Assembly: GCA_033442325.1 (NCBI GenBank)
Contig: JAWQFM010000007.1
Location: forward strand, 706,719-770,718
Origin: Salpingoeca rosetta
Taxonomy: Eukaryota; Protista; Choanoflagellata
Direction of reading: 5' to 3'
DNA: 64,000 nt
Shown here: piece after piece, positions 44,801-60,461 of the stretch
Layout of the letters: each line of letters begins with the position of its first letter
Position numbering within the stretch: position 1 is the stretch's first letter
Position numbers and translations under genes: made by a program
Notes under the pieces: model-generated
Database searches by the model: none
Seen by the model: the letters and a program-made list of their open reading frames with translations, nothing else
What the model was told of the DNA's origin: nothing

Positions 44801-45885
44801 TATACTGGAATGGCTGTCCAGACACCCACTGGAAGTCGCTGTCGCCCGCTTGTCTTGTGCCGCCGATCCACGCGGTTCCCGTCGCCTCAAGAATGCTTGC
44901 GATTGCGGCATTCTGTGTGGCATCTTCGATGGTGGCCAGCTCATAAGAGAGGCTTGAGCAAACAAGCTGCGCACTCGAGAAGGAAAACTGCCCGACGAAG
45001 AGCCGTCCCTCGCAAACATCGGAGAACTCCACATAGCCATCTAATCGTCCAGCAAACACAGCGGGAGTCGTGCGTATGTGTGTGTGTGTGTGGCGGCAAG
45101 CACCATAGTAGCCATGGCGTGAGAGCTGGTTGGTTGTGATGGTGGCACTGGAAGCAAGTATTTGATTGAAGACAAGCGCCCTCGGGGGGGGGGGAGGCTG
45201 CCTCGGCACCCATGCGAACGTCGCATGCGTGCACTTGTGTCACAGGAATGTGCGTGTGTTCAACCCCCCTCCTCCACGCATCCACGCATGCATCCACGCA
45301 TCCACGCATCCACGCATCCACGCATCCGCGCCCCCTCCTCCGCACACCTGCTTACATTCAGCAACTCACGTACCGTTTGCAGTTGTGGCCGCGGCTGCTG
45401 TGACGATCAGTGCAAGAGTAACAAGGGAATGGAAAGCACAAGAAGGTGTGTGAGCGTGCACATTGGACAGGAACAAGGGGTCGTGCATAAACTTCACAAA
45501 CTTCACATGGGTATTGTGGCATCAGCACAAGCGTGTACGAACTTCCATCTAAGACCACGACCCCCGCGCCCTCACCCCTCAACAACGAGAACAGAGAACA
45601 GAGGGTGTGTTTGCATGCCGTGCAACCAGTGAGGCGCTCGATACATCGCATTCACAGTGAGCGCAGCTGTGTCTGCTTGCGCCAAGCAAACGACCTGTGT
45701 GTGTGTGCAGACACATGCGCAGGCGCACAACCGCGCACAGTGGTGCGTCACAACGTGCTGCGCAGTCGGTTCTCCCTCCCAGCCACCAGTGGAGGCCGCG
45801 TACCTTGCGTTGCAACATCAACGGGCGCAGCTGTGGCCACGCAGGCTGCCATCACGATGGCGGCGGTGGTCAACACCAGCAGCAT
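39990..45885 (-). CDS. rtls: Secreted C-type lectin/mucin-like protein matching Rosetteless (12-13 exons, about 1100 aa)
   Basis: Signal peptide exon 45885-45804 (MLLVLTTAAIVMAACVATAAP). CTLD1 (~45040-44680) has WIGG, GEPN and CLAI..WFDTDC; CTLD2 (~44015-43645) has WLGG, GEPNN and WNDAPC. It also has several poly-Thr tracts, two Cys modules in the middle and two C-terminal CYYRD..C..D..CVxD....FCIP repeats. Architecture, exon number and size fit my recollection of S. rosetta Rtls. Confidence 0.78.
44340..44530 (-). repeat. 30-bp coding tandem repeat (MMPTTTTTTT x6) in the rtls mucin stretch
   Basis: ggcatcatcgtggttgttgtgg(t/c)tgttgtt-type unit repeated six times. Confidence 0.9.
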
Positions 45886-46302
45886 CACGGCTGTCGCTTC
45901 CCCTGTCGGTCGCCTCTCTGCTGTTCAACCGCCTGTAAGCCACCGGGTGCCGTTGTCATTAATGCCACAATCACCACCCTTATTTTGCTCAAAGAAAATT
46001 CACACCGCACAGAACACCACAAACTGTACACCTGCAGATTGCAGACAAACATGCCTCGCAACACTGATGAATCGACAAGTCTTCATTGTCAGACAGAGTA
46101 AATGGGCCAGCAGGTAGGGAAAAGGTACACGGCGCTCTAGCTTGAACAAAGCATAACAGATCAAAGAGGGCAAAGGAGAAAGTGAGCATTGAGGACAACA
46201 CAACACAGCACAGAACAAACCCTAGAACCAAGACCACAAACCCTAGAACCAAGACCACGACGCAGCACAAGCACAAAGCAGGGCGGAAGGCATGCGTGGT
46301 GG

Positions 46303-48912
<2,610 letters not shown>

Positions 48913-49348
48913 CTGTATGTGTGCGTACGTGTATGTGTGCATATGTGTGTGCATATGTGTGTGTATGTGTGCGTGTGTATGTGTGCGTGTGTATGTGTGC
49001 GTGAGTGCGAGTCAAAACAGGAGCCAGTGAGTTGGTGTAATCGATTGGAAGCAGAGGGAACTCAAACATCAAACGCAGCACTCACGTCCACTGGTGATGG
49101 GGTGGTGATCTGAAGACGTGTGTCGAGCACACACCCAGACACGCTGGTGCACACCAACACACCACACGCACCCTTTGGTCGGTCGGATGACACACGGAAG
49201 GGGAAAGCGGTGACAAGAAAAGTAGGTGAAATCTTTAATAAATCGCAGTCTGCCCTGTCATCGTACAACTCATCGTGTCGTGACCGTGCCCGATACAACT
49301 GAACAAACCGCAGGAGGAGGACGAGGGCAACCAACCAACCAACCGAAC
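48913..49348. promoter_or_regulatory. Putative bidirectional promoter (bZIP / drebrin-like)
   Basis: Divergent start codons about 440 bp apart; inferred from gene layout only. Confidence 0.4.
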
Positions 49349-50544
49349 ATGGCGCCCGTGGACCTGTCAACCAACAGTGCAGACCTCGTCGCTGCGCGCG
49401 ACTCTGTGTTTGCTGAGGGAGGCGACACAACTTGGTTGGTGCACGACACGTGCCTTTGGTTCACTCTACATGCTTTGGTGGATCGAATAGCAGCGCGAAG
49501 TTGCTTGTTTTGAAAATGGGGGAGGGCGGGGTTTGTGCTGTGTTGTGTTGTGCATTTGTGTTGAGTTGTGCGTTGTGCATTGTTTGTGTTTGTGAAGAAC
49601 GTGTTGGTTGTGCTTGTACGCGCACGTGTGTGTGCGCACAAGCGTGTGTATGTGTGTATGTGTGTATAAAAGGGGGGGGGGGAGGTTCGCTTGATACTCA
49701 CACGGCGGCTGCATGGTGGGGGGGGGGTGTTTTTTTTTTTGTGTGTGTGTGTTTGTTTGTGTTGTTCGGTTGTAGGGTGCTGTTTGGATACGAAAAGAAG
49801 TCAGACACGCTCAAGGTCGTTGAGACAGGAGGTGCGTCTTTCCGTCGCGCCTGCTTGTTGTGTGGTTGTGCTTTTGTGCTTTTGCTTGTGTAAGTTTGCT
49901 TGTGGTCGTGTGTTTGTGCGCGCGCGTGCGCTTGTTTGTGTTTGTGCTTTGCGTTTTCATTTCGTTTTGCCCACGCGCTCCCTCATTGCCTTTGTGCCCG
50001 GACAGACGACCTTGATGATTTCTTGGAGGAGTTTGAGGGCTCCAAGATCCAATACGGCTTTGCCAAAGTCAAGGATCCAAACCAAGGCATTGACAAATAT
50101 GTCCTCATCAACTGGGTGCGTAGATTGCTGCGTGTGCGTGTGTGTGTGTGTGTGTGCCTATGTGTGTGTGTGTGTGTGTGTGCCTATGTGTGTGTGTACT
50201 TGTACCTGTGTGTCTGTGTGTGTCTGTGTGTGTGTCTGTGCGTGTGAGTATTACTGTGCGTAGTGTGTCTTGCATGGCTCGAAGCCTCGTCAAGCACCCT
50301 CATTTTCTAGCGCTTCCCCGCACATGCACAACCAATACGCCAGTTTGGGGAGGGTGCGCCGGAGCTTCGCAAGGGCGCATGCGCACAGCACGTTCGTGAC
50401 GTCGAGCGGTTCTTCCACGTAAGTGCATGTGCAACCAGGCGCGTTTTGTGTCGCAATTGTCATCGTTTTGTCGTCCTTTCACACCGCCGTGTGCAAGCAA
50501 GCATGCGTACAACCACTCACTCACGATCACCCACTCACCGTCGC

Positions 50545-50617
<73 letters not shown>

Positions 50618-51967
50618 GCACGCACGCACACACACACACACAGGCGCACGTAACCATCAACGCCCGCAACGAGACGGACCTGGACAAGGACGCCATCCTG
50701 AAGCTGGTGGCAAAGTCGTCCGGTGCCGCGTACAGCGTGCACAAGGAAACGCGTCGCAAGGAGTTTGCTGCAGAGCCATCAGGTGCGCCCTTGGTTGGCT
50801 CGTCAGGCATTCACGCCGCCCCCTTACACCACACGCCACCACCTGTGCAACGTGACAACATCATGCATCCATTCCATTGCCGCCTTGCTTGTTTGCTTTC
50901 TTCCTTGCCGCCTTGCTTGCTTCGTTCCTCCATTCCTTCGTTCATTCCTTGCTTGCTTGCTTTGCTTTTCAATCGGCCTTTCCATGCGTGCTCATCCACA
51001 TTCAGCAAATGTTCATCTCACACCACTCACCACCACAACACTCACCACCACAACTCACCACTCGCCATCGTCATCATCGTGTGGTGGGTCCAGGCCCCGT
51101 GGGCACGTCGTACCAGAACGAGTTCCAGAAGCAAGGGCTTGCCTCGTCGGAGGACAGGTCTGCGTTCTGGCAGAAGCAGGAACAAGAGGACGCCGCGCGG
51201 CGGCAGGAGCAGCAGCAGCGCGAGGAGGAAGAGCAACGCGCTCGCGATGAACAGCGCCGGCAGGAGGAGGCCGAGAGAGAGGCCCGCATTGCACAGGTGA
51301 GCACCCGTGCGGGCACGGGCTGCTTAACTTGTACTTGGGCACGCCTTGTCTGTATGCTCCCTGGTGTGTGTATGCGTGCCTGCATGCATGGAGCGTACCC
51401 ACACAAAAAACACACCTCATCAAGAGAGCAGCAGCACGCACAGCGCACTCCCGAGCGTGTTTGACATCTCACCGCACATCACATCACCTCGCCGTCTCCT
51501 GCCATGACACGGCTTGACAGGAGAAGGCAGCCGAACCAGAGCCACAGCCTGAGCCACAGCCTGTCCCTGAGCCTGAGCCGGTGCCTGAGCCGGTGCCTGA
51601 ACCTGTTGTGGTGGGTTGGCCCATGCATGTGTGCATGTGCATGCCTCGCCTGTCTCGTTCACCAATTGTGCTGTTCTTCCATGTGCTCACTCACCATCCT
51701 TTTCATCACCACCATGACCACCACCATGGTGACCATTGTCAGGAGCAGGCCGTTGAGCCGGAGCAAGAGCAGCAGCAGGCGGCAGAGGGCGGTGGTGGCC
51801 TTCGCGCCCGCGCCCTTTACGACTACCAGGCAGACGAGGAAGGCGAGCTGACGTTTGACCCGGGCGACATCATCACGGACATTGAGCAGATTGACGAGGG
51901 CTGGTGGCAGGGCGCGTGCAACGGCCAGTTTGGCCTCTTCCCCGCCAACTACGTCGAGCTCATCTGA
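49349..51967 (+). CDS. DBNL: Drebrin-like / Abp1 actin-binding protein (ADF-H, coiled coil, SH3)
   Basis: ADF-H exons (DTTW|[42 protein letters not shown]|.[15 protein letters not shown]), then [16 protein letters not shown] and a C-terminal SH3 [36 protein letters not shown]...[11 protein letters not shown]. Confidence 0.93.
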
Positions 51968-52370
51968 CACCGGCTCCTTTTGTTGTGCCGTGTGGCTAAA
52001 GTCTGTACGTTGTTGTTGCGTGCATGCGCTTGTTTGGTTCTCAAAGCTGTTGTTGTTGTGTGTGTGTGTGTGTACCACTGACGTCAAGATCACTGTTACA
52101 ATTGTGTGCGTGCTGCTCCTTGCTGTTTGGTTCGTTGCATTGTCGTCTCGCAAGTGTGTCGCCATTACACCATGCCGATGCTGATGTGTTGAAAGCAATC
52201 TCACACTATGACACGCTCACAATCACACACCACAACAAACCTAGCAATATGAGTCTTCAACACACATAGATACGATGCAGCAGGTGCATCACAAAGATCA
52301 CACACAGACACACACAAGCACACACAGACACACACACACAAGCACGCACGCACGCACGCACACACAAGCA

Positions 52371-52402
<32 letters not shown>

Positions 52403-52422
52403 CACACACAAAACATGGGGGG

Positions 52423-53355
52423 TCAGACATCAGAGCACAGGTTTGAGGCAATGTCCAGCTCAAACAGGGCCTCTGTCAAGCCGCGCTGCGCGTGTGTGTC
52501 GTCGTTGTCCCCATTGCCCGCTCCTCGCAGTGCTGGTGTCTGCAGCAGCGTGTCAAAGTACGCGTCGATGTCGCTCGTGCCTGCAGGCACGGATATGGTG
52601 GGGAAGGAGGAGGAGTTGGAAGAAGACAAAGGGTTGCAGCAGCATATTCAAACAAGAGGAGAGGGCTTCGTGAGCGGAAATGGCACACAAGTACACACAT
52701 TCATCTGCACGTTCACACATACAAAGTGCACACACACACACAGACGTACAAAGTGCACACACACACCTACACATACCTGGTGACTTTTGTCCTGTGTCTT
52801 CCTTGCTCTGCTTCAGTGTATCATTCTCTGAGCGCTCACCATCATCACCATCACCATCATCACCATCATCACCATCACCATCACCGTCACCATTATCACC
52901 ACCACCAGCAGTGGTGGCCTGGTGCGTCTGCTGGGCGATGAGCGAGTCAATCTGCTGCAGCCATGCGTCGTGTCCGCTCAGCACAACACCACCACGCGCG
53001 CCCACAGCACCGATACCATCACTGTCGCTGCTGCCGTGTCGACGCCGCCCTGGCCCGCACTGTTGCTGCTGTTGCTCCTGCCGCTCCTCGTCGTCGACTC
53101 TGTGGTGGCGGCGCTGGTGCTCGCGATTGTTGTCGGTTGCGGCGTGCTGCTGTGCACGGGCAACAGCCACGCCATCAAAGGCGTCGGCACCATCACCACC
53201 ACCACCACCGCAGCTGCTCCCGCTGACGCTGCGCGCAAGTGGATGGCGATGGTGGTGATGGGGATCGTGTGTTGCCGACGCGTGTGCATGACGGTTTGCG
53301 CCAGTGCGACCGCTGCCAGTGCTGGCTCTCCTGTTGTTGCGAGTGCTGATGTTGT

Positions 53356-53399
<44 letters not shown>

Positions 53400-54642
53400 T
53401 GCCTGGCATCATGGTGATTGCAGCTGCCATGACCCCCATCTTCGTCTTCGCGCACGTGCGGGAGCGGGGATGGCGATGAGCTGTTGTGTCCATCTGAGGC
53501 TTGCTCAAACAGATAGAAGCTGGACGGCCGCTGTGGAAATACGGACGCGTCTTCCTGTGACACATATGCATCGCTCGTTTGCCACTCAATCTCATCTTTC
53601 TTCTTCTTCTGTCTGCTCACATACGCATGGGCATGTGCGTGCGTGTTTGTTGTTGTTTGTGTGTGTGTTTGTTTGTTTGTTTGTTTGTTTGTTTGTTTGT
53701 TTGTTTGTTTGTGTGAGCAAAAGTGTGCACATGCAAGAGCATTGAGGTGAACACGGCCACCTTTTTCACCAAAAGCCATCTCATACACATACGCACACGC
53801 ACGCACACACACGCACACACGCACGCACGCACATGAACGAACCGCTGCTTGTGGTGCTTGGGAGGTTCGGCGAATCCCATGTCGTTCGTGGTTAAGGCGT
53901 GTGCAAGGGTCTTGATGGAGAACGAGTGTGCTCGTAATCGCGCGTCTGCGATGGCTGTTGAGTTGGTGCGAAGACGCACGCCACCGCCATCGCCGTCCAT
54001 CGCCTCGTTCCTTCGATCCAATGGAGCACCAAGACTTGTGGTTTGACAGCGTGGCCGCATCTCACCAGTGTGTGGGTCACCGAAGCCCCACACTGGCGGG
54101 CTGTCGTGTGGGACATGTGCTTCTGCGGCAGCGTCATCATCGCCTCCTTCAAATCGGTGGCGGCCGTGGTTGCTTACGGATGGGCTGGTGCCGGCAGCGA
54201 CAGCATCTTTCTTGCTGTTCCTGTGCTTGCTTCGCCTCCACCCCCGATTTTTCCCGCCTGTCCGTGACTTATGCGTGCTTGTGCCCGCTGGTGCATCCTC
54301 CGACGCCGTGCGCTTCCACCTAGCAAACACAACCGACAACGAGCGCCTGCGCTGCAGCGGCGCCTGCTCTTGTTGTTGTTGGTGTGGTTGGTGTGGTTGG
54401 TGTGGTTGTGATTGCTGTACGTGTGCCTGTAAGTGTTTGCTGCTGCTGCTGCTGCTGTTGTTGTTGTTGTTGTTGTGGACGCTGCTGGCCTGATGCGCCG
54501 CACTGCCGTCCCCTGCCATTGTATGGCTTCGGTGCCGTGCACCGTGCATTGCCTCGTTGTTCATGCCAACCCCATATGCCATCGCAGCAGCATCATCCCC
54601 CCTCCTTGGTTCGCCCCGTGCCCTGCTGGCGTTGGCACCCAT
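52423..54642 (-). CDS. Hypothetical disordered protein with predicted N-myristoylation (MGANAS) and several RxRxxS/T motifs
   Basis: Three exons (54642-~53843, ~53611-52777, ~52581-52423) splice in phase with GT-AG and pyrimidine tracts. No recognisable globular domain. Confidence 0.55.
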
Positions 54643-54995
54643 GTCGCGTGGTGTTGGTGTGGTGGGTGTTGTTCTTGTTGTTGTTCTGTGGCACAGCACG
54701 CCACGCCTGTTGTTGAGAAATATAGGAAAATATCGCGAATTTGCGTTGCCAAGCTGAGCGCACAACAACACCACCACGCCACACAACACCCCCCACTTTC
54801 CTTTCCCTTCCTGCCAACCACAGCAGCTGCAGCGCGCAAACCAAAGCCGACACTGCTCTGATTGACCTGATCTGACCTGAGCATAAGGAAGACGACGACG
54901 GCTCGTGTGTGATCTCTGTGAAGCGTTTTGGTTTGAGCTACCCTCCCTCCCTGTTGCTGGATCGAGAGCATTAACACATCAACACAACCTGCATC

Positions 54996-55832
54996 ATGTC
55001 GAGAAGTGGACGTGGGGAAGACAATCTGGACGATTTCGACGAGGATGCAGTGCGCATCGGCGTCGTTCGCGAAACCATGCTCACCAACCCACTGCTTGTC
55101 AAGGTGCTGTCAACACACGCAATCATGCACACGCTCACATACACGCACACACGCACACACGCACACACACGCACACACACACGCTCACCCTGTCTCACAT
55201 GCACAAACACACACGCGAGAGCACAACCTCAATCACAAGACCCAGATCCGAGAGACGCGCGCGTGTGTCTGTTGCACAATCAGTGATCTCAGAACGTGAT
55301 CTCACATCCCCTGGTTGGTGTATGTGTGTGTGTGTGTGTGATGGCTTTGGTCTTTGCTATTGCTTTCTCCCTGATGTGCTGGATGGAGCAGGCGCCCCTG
55401 GGCAAGCCCAAGATGACTACGCGCAACCCCAACGAAGTGTACGGCGTCAAGTCAAAGAAGGTTCGATTGCGTTGTGGAAGTGGTGTGCACAACATGGGCA
55501 ACGTGTGAATCTCAGCATCAGAGAGCAGTGAGGGTGCAGTGGTTGAACGCTTTTGGCACGCTATCGACGTAATTACGAGTGAAGGGGACCTTGCCATGCA
55601 ATGCGTGCCGTGCCGCAACGTGACCCTGCTCAACAAGCGAGCACGCACATTTGCTCACTCATTTCTGGGCCGGTTTGTCATCATACGTACATCCTTGGGC
55701 TGCGCTTGTGGATATTGCAGGAGGACGGTGGCACAGCAGCCATCTTTCACGAGCGCCTGAGCACTCCTCTGGAGAGCGAGGCAGCACGACGCGCCAAGGA
55801 GCGCAACCCGCTCCTCTTCAAGGTGAGGTCAT

Positions 55833-55897
<65 letters not shown>

Positions 55898-56878
55898 TGG
55901 GGGGGGGGGGGTATTTGTGATCGCGTGTGTATTTGTGATAGCATGTGCTTGAATGTAGTCATATGTGTGAGTTTTATTGGGCCATACACCAGTAGCAAGT
56001 CTCACGCTCTTGTCTGTCTCCCTCACCTCCCATGTGCGTGTGCAGTCGGACGTTGGTAAGGCGCGCAAGCCGCTGTCTGAGGGTGTGGAGGATATGGTGC
56101 ACGGCAGCAAGACCGTCAAGGACGCCGGCGTCTCCGAAAGTATGTTGTTGGTTGGTGGGGCGATGCAGTGTGCATGTGCATTTGTGAATGGGAGTTTGGA
56201 GGGGGGGGGGGTTGTGGTGCTGGGGAAGTGCGTTGTGTGAGCTTTGGTTTGAGTGATGTAACTAGGGCTCATGACTATGCTTTGTCAACTTGCCTTCTTG
56301 CAGCCATTTCAAAGTGGTGGGAGTCCGACAAGAAGTCGCAACGCAGGCGCGAGGTGCTGCACATTTGACTCTGTGTGTGTGTGTGTGTGGGGGGGGGGGC
56401 TGCCGCAATCGAAGCAGTGCGGCCTCTTCCGGCTTTCAAATGCAAAACAAACAAACTCACAACACACACACACACTTGTGCACGTGCAACAGCCTGAAGT
56501 CGGCCGGGCCAAGCCGCCCCTGTCTGCCAGCACCGCTGATAAAGTGCACGGTCTCAAGCACAAGCACGAGGTGGGCTGTGCACACACTGTCGTGGTTGTG
56601 GTGGTGATGCTGCTTCGTGTCGTGGCTGCCTGCGGTGTGGATTGATGTAATTTGCAGCCTCGTCATGTGTTTGAATGGCACATGCACTTAAAGCGCACTC
56701 ATGCGTGTGTATGCGAATGCTTCTGTCACCAGGATGGGGGTGCAGGGCAGGTGCTGTCGTCGTGGGTGGCCACAGACTCTCCCCGCCGCCAGACAACAAA
56801 CCCGCTCCTCATCAAGGTGCAGCAGCACAGCAACTGTTTTCCCCGTGGGCGCGCGCGCGTGTGTGTATGTGTGTCTGT

Positions 56879-56928
<50 letters not shown>

Positions 56929-57328
56929 CATGAAGGCGTTTCCCGTCTAGTCAGCTCGCCGTCGCCTGCTTTTGTTCCGCGTTCTCGTGGCCTCATCCAA
57001 CCAACCAACCAACCAACCCCCACACATACACAAAACCACTCGCGTGTGCGTCGGCGTATTGCATCAGGCGGACGTTGGCGCTGCGAAACACACGCTGGAC
57101 GCCGGCATCAAGGAGCGCGTGCACGGGAAGAAGAGCACAGACCCGAAGATCGAGGGCGGCGTCGTTGGTGGTGAGTCACCACACACATTTACAAAGTGCA
57201 TGCACACACACACCGAGAACACACACACACACACACGCCGAGAACACGTGCCCGAATAACTCGTGTGGCCATGGTCGAGTGCACACATGTGCACATTCAA
57301 AGGTGTATAGTTGACATGCCCGTCCTGC

Positions 57329-57390
<62 letters not shown>

Positions 57391-57529
57391 ACAGCGATGA
57401 GCAACTGGAACCGGCCGGACACGCACGACGCCAACGCGCGCTTCAACCAGTCGTCAAAGCTCTATCGCGTACGACCTCTCACGCCATGCATCAATCGCTT
57501 CCACTGTTGTATTTGTGCCTGTGTGCACC

Positions 57530-57561
<32 letters not shown>

Positions 57562-58104
57562 TGTGTGTGTTTCTTTTCATTCGTTGTTCAACCTATGTTG
57601 CCGAAACTGCCAACCTCCTCCCACCACCAGCTCTTCAACCCACCTCATCTATCCCTCACCCCGCGCTCCCTTACCACCCCACCCTCCATACCATCCCCCG
57701 CTGCCACGCTGCCACGCTGCAGGCCGAGCTCGGCCGTGCGCGACCGCCGGTGTCATCACGTGCGGATACCGTTGTCCACGGAAAGACAAATCCCCGCGAC
57801 GTGCCCGGCGCAAAGGATGGTGCGATGACAACAAGTGCTCATGGTCGCTCGTGCTCACCTGCTTGGTGGAGTGTGTCTTGCATCTTTTTGCACCTCAGTA
57901 ATTGCATTCCTTCTTCTCACCACGCACCACGCACCACCACCACCACCACCATCACCATTACCATCACCATAACTGCAGCACTGTCGAACTGGAACCCGAA
58001 CACGCCGTCACACCCGCGCCGCCACCAGGCGGAGGTGCCCAAGGACGTCGCGTTTGGGAAGCCCTCACAGTACGTCCGCACCCTGCCTTGACCTCACGCA
58101 AGAA

Positions 58105-58167
<63 letters not shown>

Positions 58168-58174
58168 GAAGAAG

Positions 58175-58236
<62 letters not shown>

Positions 58237-58238
58237 CT

Positions 58239-58281
<43 letters not shown>

Positions 58282-58526
58282 CTTAAACAACAACAACAAC
58301 TTAAACAACAACAACCGTGCCATGCGCCTCTTTTACATTCAAACACCATACCTCACGACTCCATTCACCCTTTTGCCCCCCCCCCCCGCCCCAAACGTCT
58401 CCAAACTGCAGGAAGAGCGAGGGCCTGTCTGATCTGATTCGCCACAACTACGGCAAGAAGTGGCTCAAGGACCAACTTGCCAAGCAGACCCAGTCCCTCC
58501 ACATCGACACCGCCCAGCAGTCCTGA
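54996..58526 (+). CDS. CFAP77: CFAP77-like (DUF4483) axonemal microtubule-inner protein with amplified repeats
   Basis: [17 protein letters not shown]|APLGKPK matches the CFAP77 N-terminal motif (VRDSMFQNPLIVKAELGKP). The C-terminal [20 protein letters not shown] matches the CFAP77 FG...DLLQHRY...W segment. Confidence 0.72.
58103..58315 (+). repeat. Compound (GAT)n-(GAA)n-(CAA)n trinucleotide repeat in the last CFAP77-like intron
   Basis: Directly visible; it lies between the donor at ~58070 and the acceptor at ~58411. Confidence 0.85.
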
Positions 58527-59334
58527 GTCAGATGTGTCTGTCCCTTTGCTCACGTATATCGTGCTCGTAGCCCGTGTGTGCGTGCACGTGCGTATGTGTT
58601 TGTGTGTGTGTTTTGTGTCAGGGCTTGATGTGTGCCATTTCACGCCACAAGACAGTGGTTATGCTTGTGTGTGTGTGTGTGTGTTTTCTTTCTCTGTCTC
58701 TCTTTTGGTCGCTTATATACCCGAGCACCACCTGCTCGCTGAACCACAAGTACAATGCGGTGGTGACTTTGTGTATTGCCTTCCTTCGGTCCTCCCCTTT
58801 TCCTCCTTGCTTGCTTCACTCTTCGTGTATGCTTGGTTGATTGACCGTTGTGTGTGCATGTGCATGTGTGTGTTCCGCTGTAGCACTGTGCTGTAGTGTT
58901 CTGTGCGTTGCTGCGTTGCTTCATTGTTTCATTACTGCATTCCTTCCTTACTCCCTCTTCCTTTCTTTGCCTCCTCGTGTTAAGCAATCACTGCAACACA
59001 AACCGCTTGAGGCACTGCCCATCGCGCGCACAGGCCAGCAAACCATACACTACACAAGCATTCAGCAAGAGGGACAGACACACGAGAAACGACAGCAAAC
59101 AGCTCGCACGTGACGATGCTGTCCACAAGAACAGGAACCAAGCACTTCACATCATACCGCACCACACTACAATAATCACTCACGGTCACTCACGTTCATG
59201 TCACAGACTCCCACCTTCTCTTCCCCTCCGCAACACAACACACACACTCTCTCTCATTCTTCCTCTTTCACACACGCGCGCGCTCATTCTCCCTCGCTCC
59301 AACATGCCCATTCAGCAACAACAGGCGTCTCGAG

Positions 59335-60423
59335 CTAGTTGCCTGCTGGCTGCTGCTGTGGCTGCTGCTGTTGTTGTGCTGGTGTGGTTGAAGCCGTGGT
59401 TGCCGTTGAGACGGGCACGGGCCGGTCACCAAGCTCCAGGAAGTTGAACGGCTGCTTTGCGTAGTTGAATAGAACAGAGAGGTTGCCCGAGTCTGTTCGG
59501 CGCTGCAGGCCACGATAGAGCAGCACGCTTGCCAGCTCCCGGTCGGTCAGGTTGAGCGAGCGCTGGAGTGCAATGTACTCCGCAGCGTGCGCGCGCGTGT
59601 CTGCGCGGATATCTGCCGCCCGCCCGCGACCGCGCAGCTCCGTGGCCGCTGCGGTGAAGTTGGACTGCAGCTGCGTGCGGAACACCTGCAAGGTGCTGTT
59701 GATGGCGGACGAGACAAGCGCCTCCACTGCGCGCGTCTGGTTGGTCAGTGCCAGCTGCACGTCGCGCGTGCGGTTGGCGAGGGCACGCCGCACCTCGCCC
59801 TCCGCCCGCACAACCACGTTCTGGCGCTCTGTCTCCGACAGCGTCTGGTTTGCAGATGCCTCGCGGTGCACCTGCTGCACTAGAAACTCGCGGCGGGCAA
59901 TGGTCTCGTCGAGCTGCGTGCGTGCGCGGATGAGGCGGCCAATGCGGTCGGACTCCGCCTGTATCTGCGCCTGCTGTGCAGCCGTGCGAGCCTCTGTCAT
60001 CAGGCGCTGCTGCTCGAGCTCGGCCGTGACGGTTCGGGACATGGCTTCGCGCAGCAGCTTGTTCCGGTTGGCCTCTGCAGCGATGCTCGCCGTCTCAAGC
60101 TCTCGGTTCTCCTCAATCTCAATCAGCGTCACATTCTCCGACGCAACAATCTGTGCAACTGCCATCATGTGCATGTGTATTGTGTGTATGTGTGTGTGTG
60201 TTGTGTCGATGGGTGAGGAGAGGAATAGCAATGGCATGATGAGGACAGTGTTGCATACACGACACGCATGTGGCACACTGAACAACAGCAACAACAACAG
60301 CAGCAGGGCGCATACATCACCCACGCACGAAACCACACACCATACACGCAACACATGACCACACGCTACACACACATCACACATCACAACACACATTATA
60401 CACCACACGCATGCACAACAGCA

Positions 60424-60461
<38 letters not shown>

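Noticed and set aside
58054-58437. Poly-D/poly-Q ORF
   Set aside because: It lies in the last CFAP77-like intron; the flanking exons splice in frame without it.
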